Under the pieces are notes generated by a model, which was not told the origin of the DNA, ran no database searches, and was given only the letters and a program-made list of their open reading frames with translations. 32,000 nucleotides of DNA from assembly GCF_000406145.1 (NCBI RefSeq), contig NZ_CM001976.1, forward strand, positions 4,485,175 through 4,517,174, read 5' to 3'. This document shows positions 1 to 9,105 of this stretch, one piece after another (positions within the stretch are counted from its first letter, which is position 1; every line of letters starts with the position of its first letter). This stretch comes from Dickeya dadantii NCPPB 898. Its GTDB lineage: Bacteria > Pseudomonadota > Gammaproteobacteria > Enterobacterales > Enterobacteriaceae. A program made the translations under genes and the position numbers.

Positions 1-1131
1 GCGCAAACAGGAACAGGCAAGACGCTGGCGTTTCTGGCGTCTACATTTCATTATTTGCTGACTCACCCCGCTCCCGCCGAACGTCAGACCAATCAACCTC
101 GCGCCCTGATCATGGCGCCGACCCGTGAGCTGGCGGTGCAGATCCATACCGATGCCGAAGCGCTGGCGAAGGCGACCGGTCTGCGGTTGGGGCTGGCTTA
201 CGGCGGCGACGGCTACGACAAACAGCTAAAAGTGCTGGAAGACGGCGTCGATATTCTGATCGGCACCACCGGTCGTTTAATCGATTACACCAAGCAAAAC
301 CACGTTAATATGGGCGCCATTCAGGTCGTGGTGCTGGATGAGGCCGATCGCATGTACGATCTCGGCTTTATCAAGGATATTCGCTGGTTGTTCCGCCGCA
401 TGCCGTCGGCCAATCAGCGTCTGAACATGCTGTTCTCCGCCACCTTATCCTACCGCGTGCGTGAACTGGCGTTCGAACAGATGAACAACGCCGAATACGT
501 CGAAGTGGAACCGGAGCAGAAAACCGGTCACCGCATCAAGGAAGAACTGTTTTACCCTTCCAATGAAGAGAAGATGCGTCTGCTGCAAACGCTTATCGAG
601 GAAGAGTGGCCGGATCGCTGCATCATCTTCGCCAACACCAAGCACCGCTGTGAAGATATCTGGGGTCATCTGGCCTCCGACGGTCATCGCGTCGGCCTGC
701 TGACCGGCGACGTGGCGCAGAAAAAACGGCTACGCATTCTGGAAGATTTCACCCAGGGTAACCTGGATATTCTGGTGGCGACCGATGTGGCGGCACGTGG
801 TCTACACATTCCGGCCGTGACCCACGTATTCAACTACGACCTGCCTGACGATTGCGAAGATTACGTACACCGTATCGGCCGTACCGGTCGCGCGGGCGCC
901 AGCGGCTGCTCCATCAGTCTGGCCTGTGAAGAATACGCGTTGAATTTGCCGGCCATTGAAGACTACATCGGCCATCGTATTCCGGTGAGCAAATACAGCA
1001 GTGAAGCCCTGCTGACCGAACTGCCGGAGCCGAAGCGACTGAGTCGTCCGCGCTCTGCCGGCGGCCCGCGTCGCCCAGGCGCGCCTCGCCGCAGCGGCGC
1101 ACCCCGTAACAACCGTAAACGACCGGGTTGA
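1..1131 (+). CDS. rhlB: ATP-dependent RNA helicase RhlB (DEAD-box), 5' end cut by the window edge
   Basis: Frame 1 is open from nt 1 and begins AQTGTGKT (Walker A, motif I). It continues through [14 protein letters not shown] (DEAD box), SAT and [10 protein letters not shown] (motif VI) to an Arg/Pro-rich tail. It is colinear with E. coli RhlB as I recall it. Stop TGA at 1129-1131. Confidence 0.95.
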   Translation, partial: AQTGTGKTLAFLASTFHYLLTHPAPAERQTNQPRALIMAPTRELAVQIHTDAEALAKATGLRLGLAYGGDGYDKQLKVLEDGVDILIGTTGRLIDYTKQNHVNMGAIQVVVLDEADRMYDLGFIKDIRWLFRRMPSANQRLNMLFSATLSYRVRELAFEQMNNAEYVEVEPEQKTGHRIKEELFYPSNEEKMRLLQTLIEEEWPDRCIIFANTKHRCEDIWGHLASDGHRVGLLTGDVAQKKRLRILEDFTQGNLDILVATDVAARGLHIPAVTHVFNYDLPDDCEDYVHRIGRTGRAGASGCSISLACEEYALNLPAIEDYIGHRIPVSKYSSEALLTELPEPKRLSRPRSAGGPRRPGAPRRSGAPRNNRKRPG

Positions 1132-1138
1132 GTTGCTG

Positions 1139-2635
1139 ATGCCGAGCTCTTCTTCTCTTTATGCCGCGATCGATTTAGGGTCTAACAGCTTTCACATGCT
1201 GGTCGTGCGTGAAGTGGCCGGCAGCGTACAGACACTGGCGCGCATCAAGCGTAAAGTCCGGCTGGCGGCCGGGCTGGATGCCAACAACCGCCTTTCGCCG
1301 GAAGCGATGCAGCGCGGTTGGCAATGTCTGGCGCTGTTTTCCGAACGGTTGCAGGATATCCCGCCCCAGCAGGTACGCGTCGTCGCAACGGCTACGCTAA
1401 GACTGGCGACCAACGCTGACGAATTCCTTGAACGAGCCCGGCAAATTCTGGGTCTGCCGATTCAGGTCATCAGCGGCGAAGAAGAAGCACGGCTTATCTA
1501 TCAGGGCGTCGCCCATACCACCGGCGGGCCGGAACAACGGCTGGTGGTGGATATCGGCGGCGGCAGCACCGAGCTGGCGACCGGCACCGGCGCCCACCAT
1601 ACCCAACTATTCAGCCTGCCAATGGGTTGCGTCACCTGGCTGGAGCGTTATTTTACCGACCGCGATCTGACTCAGGCGCATTTTGATCGCGCCGAACAGG
1701 CCGCCCGCGAGATGCTGCGTCCGGTGAAAGATATCCTGCGCCAGCAAGGCTGGCAGGTTTGCGTCGGCGCATCCGGTACGGTGCAGGCGCTGCAGGAGAT
1801 CATGGTGGCGCAGGGGATGGATGAATACATCACCCTCGGCAAACTGCGTCAGTTGAAACAGCGCGCGATTCAGTGCAGCAAGCTGGAAGAGCTGGAAATT
1901 GAAGGCCTGACGCTGGAGCGGGCGCTGGTATTTCCCAGCGGGCTGTCGATTCTGCTGGCTGTCTTTCAGGAGCTGGAGATCGACTCCATGACGCTGGCGG
2001 GCGGCGCGCTGCGGGAAGGGCTGGTCTACGGCATGCTGCATCTGCCGATTGAGCAGGACATCCGCTACCGCACGCTGCAAAACCTGCAGCGCCGCTATCT
2101 GCTGGATAGCGAACAGGCCCTGCGGGTCAGGCTGCTGGCGGACAACTTTCTGCAGCAGGTGGCGCGCGACTGGCAGCTGGACGGTCGATGTCGAGAGTTA
2201 CTGGGCAGCGCCTGTCTGATTCATGAAATCGGCCTGAGCGTCGATTTTCGCCAGGCGCCGTTGCATGCGGCCTATCTGGTCCGCAACAGCGACCTGCCCG
2301 GTTTCACGCCCGCTCAGAAAAAATTGCTGGCGACACTCCTGCAAAACCAGAGCAACACTATCGACCCTATCCCGCTAACCCAACAAAACGCCCTGCCGGT
2401 CAATCTGGCGCAGCGGCTTTGCCGCCTGCTGCGTCTGGCGATCATCTTTGCCAGTCGCCGCCGCGACGACACGCTGCCGGCGGTCAGACTACGGGTGGAA
2501 GGAGAAAGCCTGCGTGTCATTCTGCCCGCCGGCTGGCTCGACCGACACCCGTTGAGAACCGAAACCCTGTCGCAGGAAAGCCTGTGGCAGAGCTATGTTC
2601 ACTGGCCGCTCATCATCGAAGAACACACGGTCTGA
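1139..2635 (+). CDS. gppA: guanosine-5'-triphosphate,3'-diphosphate pyrophosphatase / exopolyphosphatase family protein GppA
   Basis: The N-terminus [26 protein letters not shown] and the C-terminus QSYVHWPL match E. coli GppA nearly residue for residue. The ORF track starts at TTG 1133; ATG 1139 fits the E. coli N-terminus better. It lies immediately downstream of rhlB, as in E. coli. Confidence 0.93.
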   Translation: MPSSSSLYAAIDLGSNSFHMLVVREVAGSVQTLARIKRKVRLAAGLDANNRLSPEAMQRGWQCLALFSERLQDIPPQQVRVVATATLRLATNADEFLERARQILGLPIQVISGEEEARLIYQGVAHTTGGPEQRLVVDIGGGSTELATGTGAHHTQLFSLPMGCVTWLERYFTDRDLTQAHFDRAEQAAREMLRPVKDILRQQGWQVCVGASGTVQALQEIMVAQGMDEYITLGKLRQLKQRAIQCSKLEELEIEGLTLERALVFPSGLSILLAVFQELEIDSMTLAGGALREGLVYGMLHLPIEQDIRYRTLQNLQRRYLLDSEQALRVRLLADNFLQQVARDWQLDGRCRELLGSACLIHEIGLSVDFRQAPLHAAYLVRNSDLPGFTPAQKKLLATLLQNQSNTIDPIPLTQQNALPVNLAQRLCRLLRLAIIFASRRRDDTLPAVRLRVEGESLRVILPAGWLDRHPLRTETLSQESLWQSYVHWPLIIEEHTV

Positions 2636-2676
2636 CGCAAAAAACTGCCTGACATAAAAGGCTACCCAGAGCAAAA

Positions 2677-2699
2677 GAGGGTAACAATTGGTTACCCTT
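2677..2699 (+). terminator. hairpin downstream of gppA (GGGTAAC-AATTG-GTTACCC), probable gppA terminator
   Basis: A perfect 7-bp stem pairs 2679-2685 with 2691-2697, with a 5-nt loop, about 40 nt after the gppA stop. The tail is only weakly T-rich (CTTCCCTCTC). The same hairpin recurs at 4883-4909 and 7083-7109. Confidence 0.45.
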
Positions 2700-2764
2700 C
2701 CCTCTCATCCCGTGGCCTATCCTTTGGGCTGTTCCAAAAAATAAAGAAATCTTATACCTATTTT

Positions 2765-2781
2765 TATAAAACGTGATTTCT
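2765..2781. promoter_or_regulatory. putative KdgR operator upstream of pehV
   Basis: TATAAAAC-GTG-ATTTCT contains half-sites TAAAAC and ATTTCT separated by 3 nt. This resembles the KdgR dyad TGAAAC-N3-GTTTCA. The motif atttttataaaac is conserved upstream of all three peh genes, 61-73 nt before each ATG. Confidence 0.5.
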
Positions 2782-2853
2782 TAAAAATTCGCACATCATC
2801 CCGGATGGAATGCTAACCAACCGATTGATTTCGAAAAAATTTAAGGAAAACAG

Positions 2854-4674
2854 ATGAAAGCCATTAGACTTTCTCAGTGCCATGCCCTGGCGCTGACCGC
2901 AACTGTATGCTTGTTCACCAGCCAGGCGCTGGCGATGCCAACAAACGAGCAAACCCCGCCAGCCTTACAGGCGCTTACCCCCTCCCTCGATAACCACAGC
3001 GTGGTGTTGGTTTGGAAGGCGCCAGAAGACACATCCGATATTATCGATTATCAAATTTACCAGGATAATCAGTTTGTTGGACTCGCCAGTCAGAATAGCA
3101 ATCAGCACTCGCCAGCCCAACCCTACATCAACATGTTTTATAAAAACGACACCGGTAATTTCCAACACCGAATCGTGATACAAAGCGCGAAGATCGACGG
3201 TCTGCAACCCAGCACCGATTACCACTTCACCGTGCGTGCAGTGTATACCGACAGCAGCGTTACCGCTGATAGCAACACGGTGGACATCACCACCACTGCG
3301 GTTCCCCAAACCATCGACATTACCCGGTATGGCGCTAAAGGCGACGGTACCACGCTCAATACCAGCGCGATCCAGAAAGCCATTAATGCCTGTCCTTCCG
3401 GCTGCCAGGTCAATGTTCCAGCAGGGGTATTCAAAACCGGTGCGTTGTGGCTGAAAAGCAACATGACACTGAATTTGTCACCGGGTGCAACCTTGCTTGG
3501 TTCGGAAAACGCCGCAGATTATCCAGGGGGTTACACCATTGGCAAAAGCTCAACAGATATGCGCCCAGCCTCGCTGCTGAACGTCACCGATAAAACCAGC
3601 TCTAAAGGCGGGGTCTTCCAGAATATCCGCATTACCGGCAAAGGGGCTATAGACGGCAGCGGCTGGAAACGCAGCGCCGATGGCCAGGATGAGCTGGGCA
3701 ACAAACTGCCTCAGTACGTAAAGAGTACCAACGCCAACGTCAATAATGACGGCATTTTGGCGAAAAATCAGGTAGCGGCGGCGCGGGCGAAAGGCATTGA
3801 CCTCAAAACCGCTTACAGCCAGTATCGTTCCAGCCTGATCACCCTGCGCGGTGCCAACAACGTTTACATCGCCGATATCACTATCCGTAATCCGGCCGAT
3901 CACGGCATCGTGTTCATGAAAAGCCAGAACGTGATCGAGAACGGTGTCATTCACCAGACCTTTGATGCCAACAATGGTGATGGCGTAGAGTTCAGCAACA
4001 GTCAAGATATCACGGTATTGAATAGCGTGTTCGATACCGGGGATGACTGCATCAATTTCGCGGCGGGCTTGGGGCAGGAAGGCCAAAAACAAAGTCCGAC
4101 CCAGAACGCCTCGCTGTTCAATAACTACTTCAGCCGCGGTCACGGCGCCATTGTTATGGGTAGCCATACCGCTGCCACTATCGCCAATATATTGGCGGAA
4201 AACAACGTGATGAATAAAACGGATATCGGCCTGCGCGCCAAGAGCTCGCCAGATATCGGCGGCGGAGCGCACCACGTGATATTCCGCAACAACGCGATGG
4301 CAAATCTGGCGATGCAGGCGGTTTTCGTCACGTTGAATTACGTGGACGTCAATGGCAGCGGTGTATATACCCCGGCCGACGTACCTGCCCATTTTTACGA
4401 CTTTACCGTCAAAAATATCACAGTGCTGAATAGCGCTGGCATAAGTCCGTCGATTCAGATAGAGGGCAATAGCAACAAACAGGTCTGGAACAGCAATTTT
4501 AATTTCTGCGACATGAAGCTCAGCGGCATCATGCCGGCATCCGTCAGCGATCTGGAGGATAGCGAGTTCAATAATATCGCTTTCAGTGATTTGCGCGGCG
4601 GCACCTCCCCCTGGAAATTCGGCGCAGTTAAAAACGTCACGGTGGATGGGAAAGTCGTTAGCCCAAACCCTTGA
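2854..4674 (+). CDS. pehV: exo-poly-alpha-D-galacturonosidase (GH28), paralog 1 of 3
   Basis: 606 aa. SD taaggaaaacagATG. The signal peptide ends in QALA. GH28 catalytic motifs are present: NNGDGVEF, DTGDDCINF, SRGHGAIVMGS and IGLRAKS. There is an N-terminal extension of about 150 aa (FN3-like, VLVWKAPEDTS...YQIY). Position and order match the Dickeya pehV-pehW-pehX cluster. Confidence 0.9.
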   Translation: MKAIRLSQCHALALTATVCLFTSQALAMPTNEQTPPALQALTPSLDNHSVVLVWKAPEDTSDIIDYQIYQDNQFVGLASQNSNQHSPAQPYINMFYKNDTGNFQHRIVIQSAKIDGLQPSTDYHFTVRAVYTDSSVTADSNTVDITTTAVPQTIDITRYGAKGDGTTLNTSAIQKAINACPSGCQVNVPAGVFKTGALWLKSNMTLNLSPGATLLGSENAADYPGGYTIGKSSTDMRPASLLNVTDKTSSKGGVFQNIRITGKGAIDGSGWKRSADGQDELGNKLPQYVKSTNANVNNDGILAKNQVAAARAKGIDLKTAYSQYRSSLITLRGANNVYIADITIRNPADHGIVFMKSQNVIENGVIHQTFDANNGDGVEFSNSQDITVLNSVFDTGDDCINFAAGLGQEGQKQSPTQNASLFNNYFSRGHGAIVMGSHTAATIANILAENNVMNKTDIGLRAKSSPDIGGGAHHVIFRNNAMANLAMQAVFVTLNYVDVNGSGVYTPADVPAHFYDFTVKNITVLNSAGISPSIQIEGNSNKQVWNSNFNFCDMKLSGIMPASVSDLEDSEFNNIAFSDLRGGTSPWKFGAVKNVTVDGKVVSPNP

Positions 4675-4733
4675 ATGTTAGACGTATAACCTAATCGCTA
4701 TTAGCTTGATCACTATCCACCCGATCAACTACA

Positions 4734-4759
4734 CCGGGCAGGCAAGCTCGGCACTTTTT
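4734..4759 (+). terminator. candidate intrinsic terminator of pehV
   Basis: CCGGGC-AGGCAA-GCTCGG forms a 6-bp stem with one G.U pair, followed by CACTTTTTC. It resembles the stronger pehX terminator (ACGCCGGGC...TTTTTCG). Confidence 0.4.
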
Positions 4760-4760
4760 C

Positions 4761-4876
4761 GCCGTTATCCGGACCCGGCTTCCGTTAGCGGCGATGGCAA
4801 GAGAAACACCGTCGTACCAACGCCTGTGATTAAGTTATGCCTGCTGCAACCTATCATCGAAGAACACGCCACCTGA
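4761..4876 (+). pseudogene. decayed relic of the gppA 3' end (copy 1)
   Basis: The last codons read CCT ATC ATC GAA GAA CAC GCC ACC TGA (PIIEEHAT*), against gppA CTC ATC ATC GAA GAA CAC ACG GTC TGA (LIIEEHTV*). Similarity is clear over the last ~60 nt with the same spacing (GCCTGTG...TATG...ATCATCGAAGAACAC) and weaker further upstream. The gppA terminator hairpin copy follows. Confidence 0.55.
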
Positions 4877-4882
4877 CGGCAA

Positions 4883-4909
4883 AAAGGGGTAACAATTGCT
4901 TACCCCTTT
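4883..4909 (+). terminator. copy of the gppA terminator hairpin between pehV and pehW
   Basis: AAAGGGGTAA-CAATTGC-TTACCCCTTT forms a 10-bp stem followed by CTTTATC. Confidence 0.5.
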
Positions 4910-4968
4910 CTTTATCTCACTGTCTATTATTTGCCCAATTCCTTAAATAGGAATGCAATGCTCATTTT

Positions 4969-4985
4969 TATAAAACACAGTTTCT
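4969..4985. promoter_or_regulatory. putative KdgR operator upstream of pehW
   Basis: TATAAAAC-ACA-GTTTCT has half-sites TAAAAC and GTTTCT with a 3-nt spacer, 69 nt upstream of the pehW ATG. Confidence 0.5.
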
Positions 4986-5053
4986 TAAAAATGCGTATCT
5001 CTCTGAATGAAACACTCATCAGCTACTTAATTTCGAGAAAATAAGGAAAACAG

Positions 5054-6874
5054 ATGAAAGCCATGAGATTTTCGCAGCACCACGCCCTGGTGTTGATAAC
5101 GTCGGTGTATCTGTTCAGCAATCAGGTTCAGGCTATACCGACAAGTGAGCGAACATCGCCAGCCTTACAGGCGGTTGCACCGTCCCTCGATGACCACAGC
5201 GTGGTATTAGTCTGGCATGCGCCAGAAGATACATCCGCTATCGCCGATTACCAAATTTACCAAAATGGTCAGCCCATCGGACTCGCCAGCCAGAATAACG
5301 ACCTGCACTCGCCAGCCAAACCGTACATTAGTGCGTTTTACAAAAATGACACCGGCAATTTCCATCACCGGGTGGTGATACAGAATGCGAAAATCGACGG
5401 GCTGAAAGCGAACACCGACTACCAGTTCACCGTACAGACAGTGTATGCCGACGGTACGACTTCCGCTGACAGCAACGAGGTCACTGTCACAACGACCACC
5501 ACGCCGCAAGTGATCAACATCACCGAATACGGCGCTAAAGGCGACGGCACCACGCTGAATACCAGCGCGATTCAGAAGGCGATCGATGCCTGCCAGACCG
5601 GTTGCCGCATCGACGTTCCGCCCGGGGTATTCAAAACCGGCGCGCTGTGGCTGAAAAGCGACATGACGCTGAATCTGTTGCAGGGTGCGACATTGCTCGG
5701 TTCCGACAATGCGGCCGATTACCCTGACGCCTACAAGCTTTACAGTTACTCATCCCAGGTGCGCCCGGCATCGTTGATCAACGCCATCGACAAAACCAGC
5801 TCCGCCGCCGGAACGTTCAAGAACATCCGTATCATCGGCAAAGGCGCCATTGACGGCAACGGCTGGAAACGCAGCGCGGATGGCCAGGATGAACTGGGCA
5901 ACAGCCTGCCGCAGTACGTGAAGAGTGATAGCAGCAAGGTTAGCAACGACGGTATTCTGGCGAAAAACCAGGTAGCGGCGGCCGTCGCCAAAGGCATGGA
6001 CATCAAACTCGCCTATAGTCAGCTTCGTTCCAGTCTGGTCACCCTGCGCGGCGTCAAAAACGCCTACATCGCCGATGTCACCATCCGCAATCCGGCCAAC
6101 CACGGCATCATATTCCTGGAAAGCCGGAATGTGGTGGAAAACAGTGTCATTCATCAGACCTTCAACGCCAACAACGGCGACGGCGTCGAATTTATCAATA
6201 GCCAAAACATCATGGTATTCAACAGTGTGTTTGATACCGGAGACGACAGCATCAACTTCGGCGCCGGTCTGGGTCAGGATGCGCAGAAGCAGGAACCTTC
6301 GCAAAACGCCCAGTTGTTCAACAACTATTTCCGTCACGGGCACGGTGCCGTGGTAATGGGCAGCAACACCGGCGCAGGCATTGTCAATGTACTGGCGGAA
6401 AACAACGTGATCAGCCAGAGCGACGTTGGCCTGCGAGCCAAGAGCGCTCCCGCCATTGGCGGCGGCGCACATGGCATCGTATTCCGTAATAGCGCGATGA
6501 AAAACCTGGCTAAGCAGGCGGTTATCGTGACGTTAAGTTACAGCGACAACAACGGCACCATCGACTATACCCCGGCCAAAGTGCCTGCCCGTTTCTATGG
6601 CTTCACCGTCAAAAACGTCACCGTGCAGGACAGTACCGGCTCAAGCCCGTCGATTGAGATCACCGGGGACAGCAGTAAAGATATCTGGCATAGCCAGTTT
6701 CTCTTCAGCAACATGAAACTCAGCGGCGTGATGCCCGCCTCAATCAGCGACCTGAGCAACAGCCAGTTCAATAATATCGCTTTCAGTGACTTGCGCGGCG
6801 GCACCTCCCCCTGGAAATTCGGCGCAGTTAAAAACGTCACGGTGGATGGGAAAGTCGTTAGCCCAAGCCCTTGA
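5054..6874 (+). CDS. pehW: exo-poly-alpha-D-galacturonosidase (GH28), paralog 2 of 3 (mosaic)
   Basis: 606 aa. It has the same SD and first codons as pehV (taaggaaaacagATGaaagcc). The signal peptide ends in QVQA. GH28 motifs: NNGDGVEF, DTGDDSINF, RHGHGAVVMGS and VGLRAKS. Confidence 0.9.
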   Translation: MKAMRFSQHHALVLITSVYLFSNQVQAIPTSERTSPALQAVAPSLDDHSVVLVWHAPEDTSAIADYQIYQNGQPIGLASQNNDLHSPAKPYISAFYKNDTGNFHHRVVIQNAKIDGLKANTDYQFTVQTVYADGTTSADSNEVTVTTTTTPQVINITEYGAKGDGTTLNTSAIQKAIDACQTGCRIDVPPGVFKTGALWLKSDMTLNLLQGATLLGSDNAADYPDAYKLYSYSSQVRPASLINAIDKTSSAAGTFKNIRIIGKGAIDGNGWKRSADGQDELGNSLPQYVKSDSSKVSNDGILAKNQVAAAVAKGMDIKLAYSQLRSSLVTLRGVKNAYIADVTIRNPANHGIIFLESRNVVENSVIHQTFNANNGDGVEFINSQNIMVFNSVFDTGDDSINFGAGLGQDAQKQEPSQNAQLFNNYFRHGHGAVVMGSNTGAGIVNVLAENNVISQSDVGLRAKSAPAIGGGAHGIVFRNSAMKNLAKQAVIVTLSYSDNNGTIDYTPAKVPARFYGFTVKNVTVQDSTGSSPSIEITGDSSKDIWHSQFLFSNMKLSGVMPASISDLSNSQFNNIAFSDLRGGTSPWKFGAVKNVTVDGKVVSPSP

Positions 6875-6933
6875 ATGTTAGACGTATAACCTAATCGCTA
6901 TTAGCTTGATCACTATTCACCCGATCAACTACA

Positions 6934-6959
6934 CCGGGCAGGCAAGCTCGGCGCTTTTT
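6934..6959 (+). terminator. candidate intrinsic terminator of pehW
   Basis: Same hairpin as 4734-4759, followed by CGCTTTTTC. Confidence 0.4.
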
Positions 6960-6960
6960 C

Positions 6961-7076
6961 GCCGTTATCCGAACCCGGCTTCCGTTAGCGGCGATGGCAA
7001 GAGAAACACCGTCATACCAACGCCTGTGGTTAGGTTATACCTGCTGCAACCTATCATCGAAGAACACGCCACCTGA
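6961..7076 (+). pseudogene. decayed relic of the gppA 3' end (copy 2)
   Basis: Same relic as 4761-4876, ending ...ATCATCGAAGAACACGCCACCTGA. Confidence 0.55.
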
Positions 7077-7082
7077 CGGCAA

Positions 7083-7109
7083 AAAGGGGTAACAATTGGT
7101 TACCCCTTT
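7083..7109 (+). terminator. copy of the gppA terminator hairpin between pehW and pehX
   Basis: AAAGGGGTAAC-AATTG-GTTACCCCTTT is a perfect stem followed by CCTCC. Confidence 0.5.
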
Positions 7110-7173
7110 CCTCCTTGTCACCTGATTAATCTGTGATCGCTTTCGGGGAAAAAAGAAATACGACATGTATTTT

Positions 7174-7190
7174 TATAAAACGTCGTTTCG
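7174..7190. promoter_or_regulatory. putative KdgR operator upstream of pehX
   Basis: TATAAAAC-GTC-GTTTCG has half-sites TAAAAC and GTTTCG with a 3-nt spacer, 61 nt upstream of the pehX ATG. Confidence 0.5.
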
Positions 7191-7250
7191 AAGCGACATC
7201 TCGTCCGGATAAAACACATTAATCAATTAAAAGAAAACTAAGGAACAAGG

Positions 7251-9059
7251 ATGGAAACCATCACATTTTCACGTCGCCCTGCCCTGGCGTCGATAGTAGC
7301 CGCATGTCTAATTAGTACGCCTGCGCTGGCGGCAACGGCTCAGGCGCCGCAAAAACTCCAGATTCCCACACTGTCTTATGACGACCATAGCGTAGCGCTG
7401 GTCTGGGATGCGCCGGAAGACACGTCCAACATCACCGACTATCAGATTTACCAGAACGGCCAGCTCATCGGGCTAGCCAGCCAAAACAACGATAAGAACT
7501 CGCCAGCTAAACCGTACATTAGTGCGTTTTACAAAAATGACACCGGCAATTTCCATCGCCGGGTGGTGATACAGAATGCGAAAATCGACGGGCTGAAAGC
7601 GAACACCGACTACCAGTTCACCGTACGGACAGTGTATGCCGACGGTTCGACTTCCGCTGACAGCAACGCAGTCACTGCCACCACGACCGCCACGCCGCAA
7701 GTGATCAACATCACCCAGTACGGCGCTAAAGGCGACGGCACCACGCTGAATACCACGGCGATCCAGAAGGCGATCGATGCCTGCCAGACCGGTTGCCGGG
7801 TTGATATTCCGGCGGGGGTCTTCAAAACCGGCGCGCTGTGGCTGAAAAGCGACATGACGCTGAATCTGTTGCAGGGTGCGACATTGCTCGGTTCCGACAA
7901 TGCGGCCGATTATCCTGACGCCTACAAAATATACAGTTACTCATCCCAGGTGCGCCCGGCATCGTTGATCAACGCCATCGACAAAACCAGCTCCGCCGTC
8001 GGGACGTTCAAGAACATCCGTATCATCGGCAAAGGCGTCATTGACGGCAATGGCTGGAAGCGTAGCGCGGACGCCAAAGACGAACTGGGCAATAGCCTGC
8101 CGCAGTACGTGAAGAGTGATAGCAGCAAGGTGAGCAAGGACGGTATTCTGGCGAAAAACCAGGTAGCGGCGGCCGTCGCCAAAGGCATGGACGTCAAAAC
8201 CGCCTATAGTCAGCGTCGTTCCAGTCTGGTCACCCTGCGCGGCGTCAAAAACGTCTACATCGCCGACGTCACTATCCGCAATCCGGCCAACCACGGCGTT
8301 ATGTTCCTGGAAAGCCAGAATGTGGTGGAAAACAGCGTCATCCATCAGACCTTCGACGCCAACAACGGCGACGGCGTTGAATTTGGCAATAGCCAGAACA
8401 TTATGGTATTCAACAGCGTGTTCGATACCGGGGACGACAGCATCAACTTCGCCGCCGGTATGGGCCAGGACGCGCAGAGTCAAGAACCTTCGCAAAATGC
8501 CTGGTTATTCAACAACTACTTCCGCCGCGGGCACGGTGCCGTGGTAATGGGCAGCCACACCGGCGCAGGCATTATCGATGTACTGGCGGAAAACAACGTG
8601 ATCAGCCAGAACGACGTTGGCCTGCGAGCCAAGAGCGCGCCTGCCATCGGCGGCGGCGCGCATGGCATCGTATTCCGTAATAGCGCGATGAAAAACCTGG
8701 CTAAGCAGGCAGTTATCGTGACGTTAAGTTATAGCGACAGCAACGGCACCATTGACTATACCCCGGCCAAAGTGCCTGCCCGTTTCTATGACTTCACCGT
8801 CAAAAACGTCACCGTGCAGGACAGTACCGGCTCAAGCCCGGTGATTGAAATCACCGGAGACAGCGGCAAAGGCATCTGGCACAGCCAGTTTACCTTCAGC
8901 AACATGAAACTCAGCGGGGTGACGCCTGCCTCAATCAGCGACCTGAGCGACAGCCAGTTCAACAACCTGACGTTCAGCAAACTGCGCAGCGGTTCTTCGC
9001 CGTGGAAATTCGGCACGGTGAAGAACGTTACCGTAGACGGCAAAATCGTCACACCCTGA
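7251..9059 (+). CDS. pehX: exo-poly-alpha-D-galacturonosidase (GH28), paralog 3 of 3
   Basis: 602 aa, the length I recall for Erwinia chrysanthemi PehX. SD ctaaggaacaaggATG. The signal peptide ends in PALA. GH28 motifs: NNGDGVEF, DTGDDSINF, RRGHGAVVMGS and VGLRAKS. Confidence 0.92.
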   Translation: METITFSRRPALASIVAACLISTPALAATAQAPQKLQIPTLSYDDHSVALVWDAPEDTSNITDYQIYQNGQLIGLASQNNDKNSPAKPYISAFYKNDTGNFHRRVVIQNAKIDGLKANTDYQFTVRTVYADGSTSADSNAVTATTTATPQVINITQYGAKGDGTTLNTTAIQKAIDACQTGCRVDIPAGVFKTGALWLKSDMTLNLLQGATLLGSDNAADYPDAYKIYSYSSQVRPASLINAIDKTSSAVGTFKNIRIIGKGVIDGNGWKRSADAKDELGNSLPQYVKSDSSKVSKDGILAKNQVAAAVAKGMDVKTAYSQRRSSLVTLRGVKNVYIADVTIRNPANHGVMFLESQNVVENSVIHQTFDANNGDGVEFGNSQNIMVFNSVFDTGDDSINFAAGMGQDAQSQEPSQNAWLFNNYFRRGHGAVVMGSHTGAGIIDVLAENNVISQNDVGLRAKSAPAIGGGAHGIVFRNSAMKNLAKQAVIVTLSYSDSNGTIDYTPAKVPARFYDFTVKNVTVQDSTGSSPVIEITGDSGKGIWHSQFTFSNMKLSGVTPASISDLSDSQFNNLTFSKLRSGSSPWKFGTVKNVTVDGKIVTP

Positions 9060-9075
9060 CAGAGGGGTTATTCGC

Positions 9076-9105
9076 ACGCCGGGCCATCGCGCCCGGCGTA
9101 TTTTT
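9076..9105 (+). terminator. rho-independent terminator of pehX, in the convergent gap with rep
   Basis: ACGCCGGGC-CATCGC-GCCCGGCGT is a perfect 9-bp GC-rich stem followed by ATTTTTCG. It lies 17 nt after the pehX stop and 6 nt before the rep stop codon on the other strand. Confidence 0.8.

Larger units (their letters stand above)
4565..4910 (+). repeat. copy 1 of a 346-bp near-identical block (pehV 3' end plus downstream spacer)
   Basis: It aligns without indels to 6765-7110, offset exactly 2200 bp. I counted 10 mismatches (4590, 4667, 4717, 4753, 4772, 4814, 4829, 4834, 4839, 4899). The sequences diverge sharply upstream of 4565 and downstream of 4910. Confidence 0.95.
6765..7110 (+). repeat. 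copy 2 of the 346-bp near-identical block (pehW 3' end plus downstream spacer)
   Basis: See 4565-4910. The match is 336 of 346 positions with no indels. Confidence 0.95.

Noticed and set aside
3550-4392. 280-aa - strand ORF inside pehV, with the equivalents at 5750-6472 and 7941-8495
   Set aside because: They are antisense to the GH28 genes. They recur only because the sense genes are paralogous.
7131-7146. CRP site (TGTGA-TCGCTT-TCGGG) upstream of pehX
   Set aside because: Only one half-site matches TGTGA-N6-TCACA, and no equivalent exists upstream of pehV or pehW. This is too weak to call by eye.
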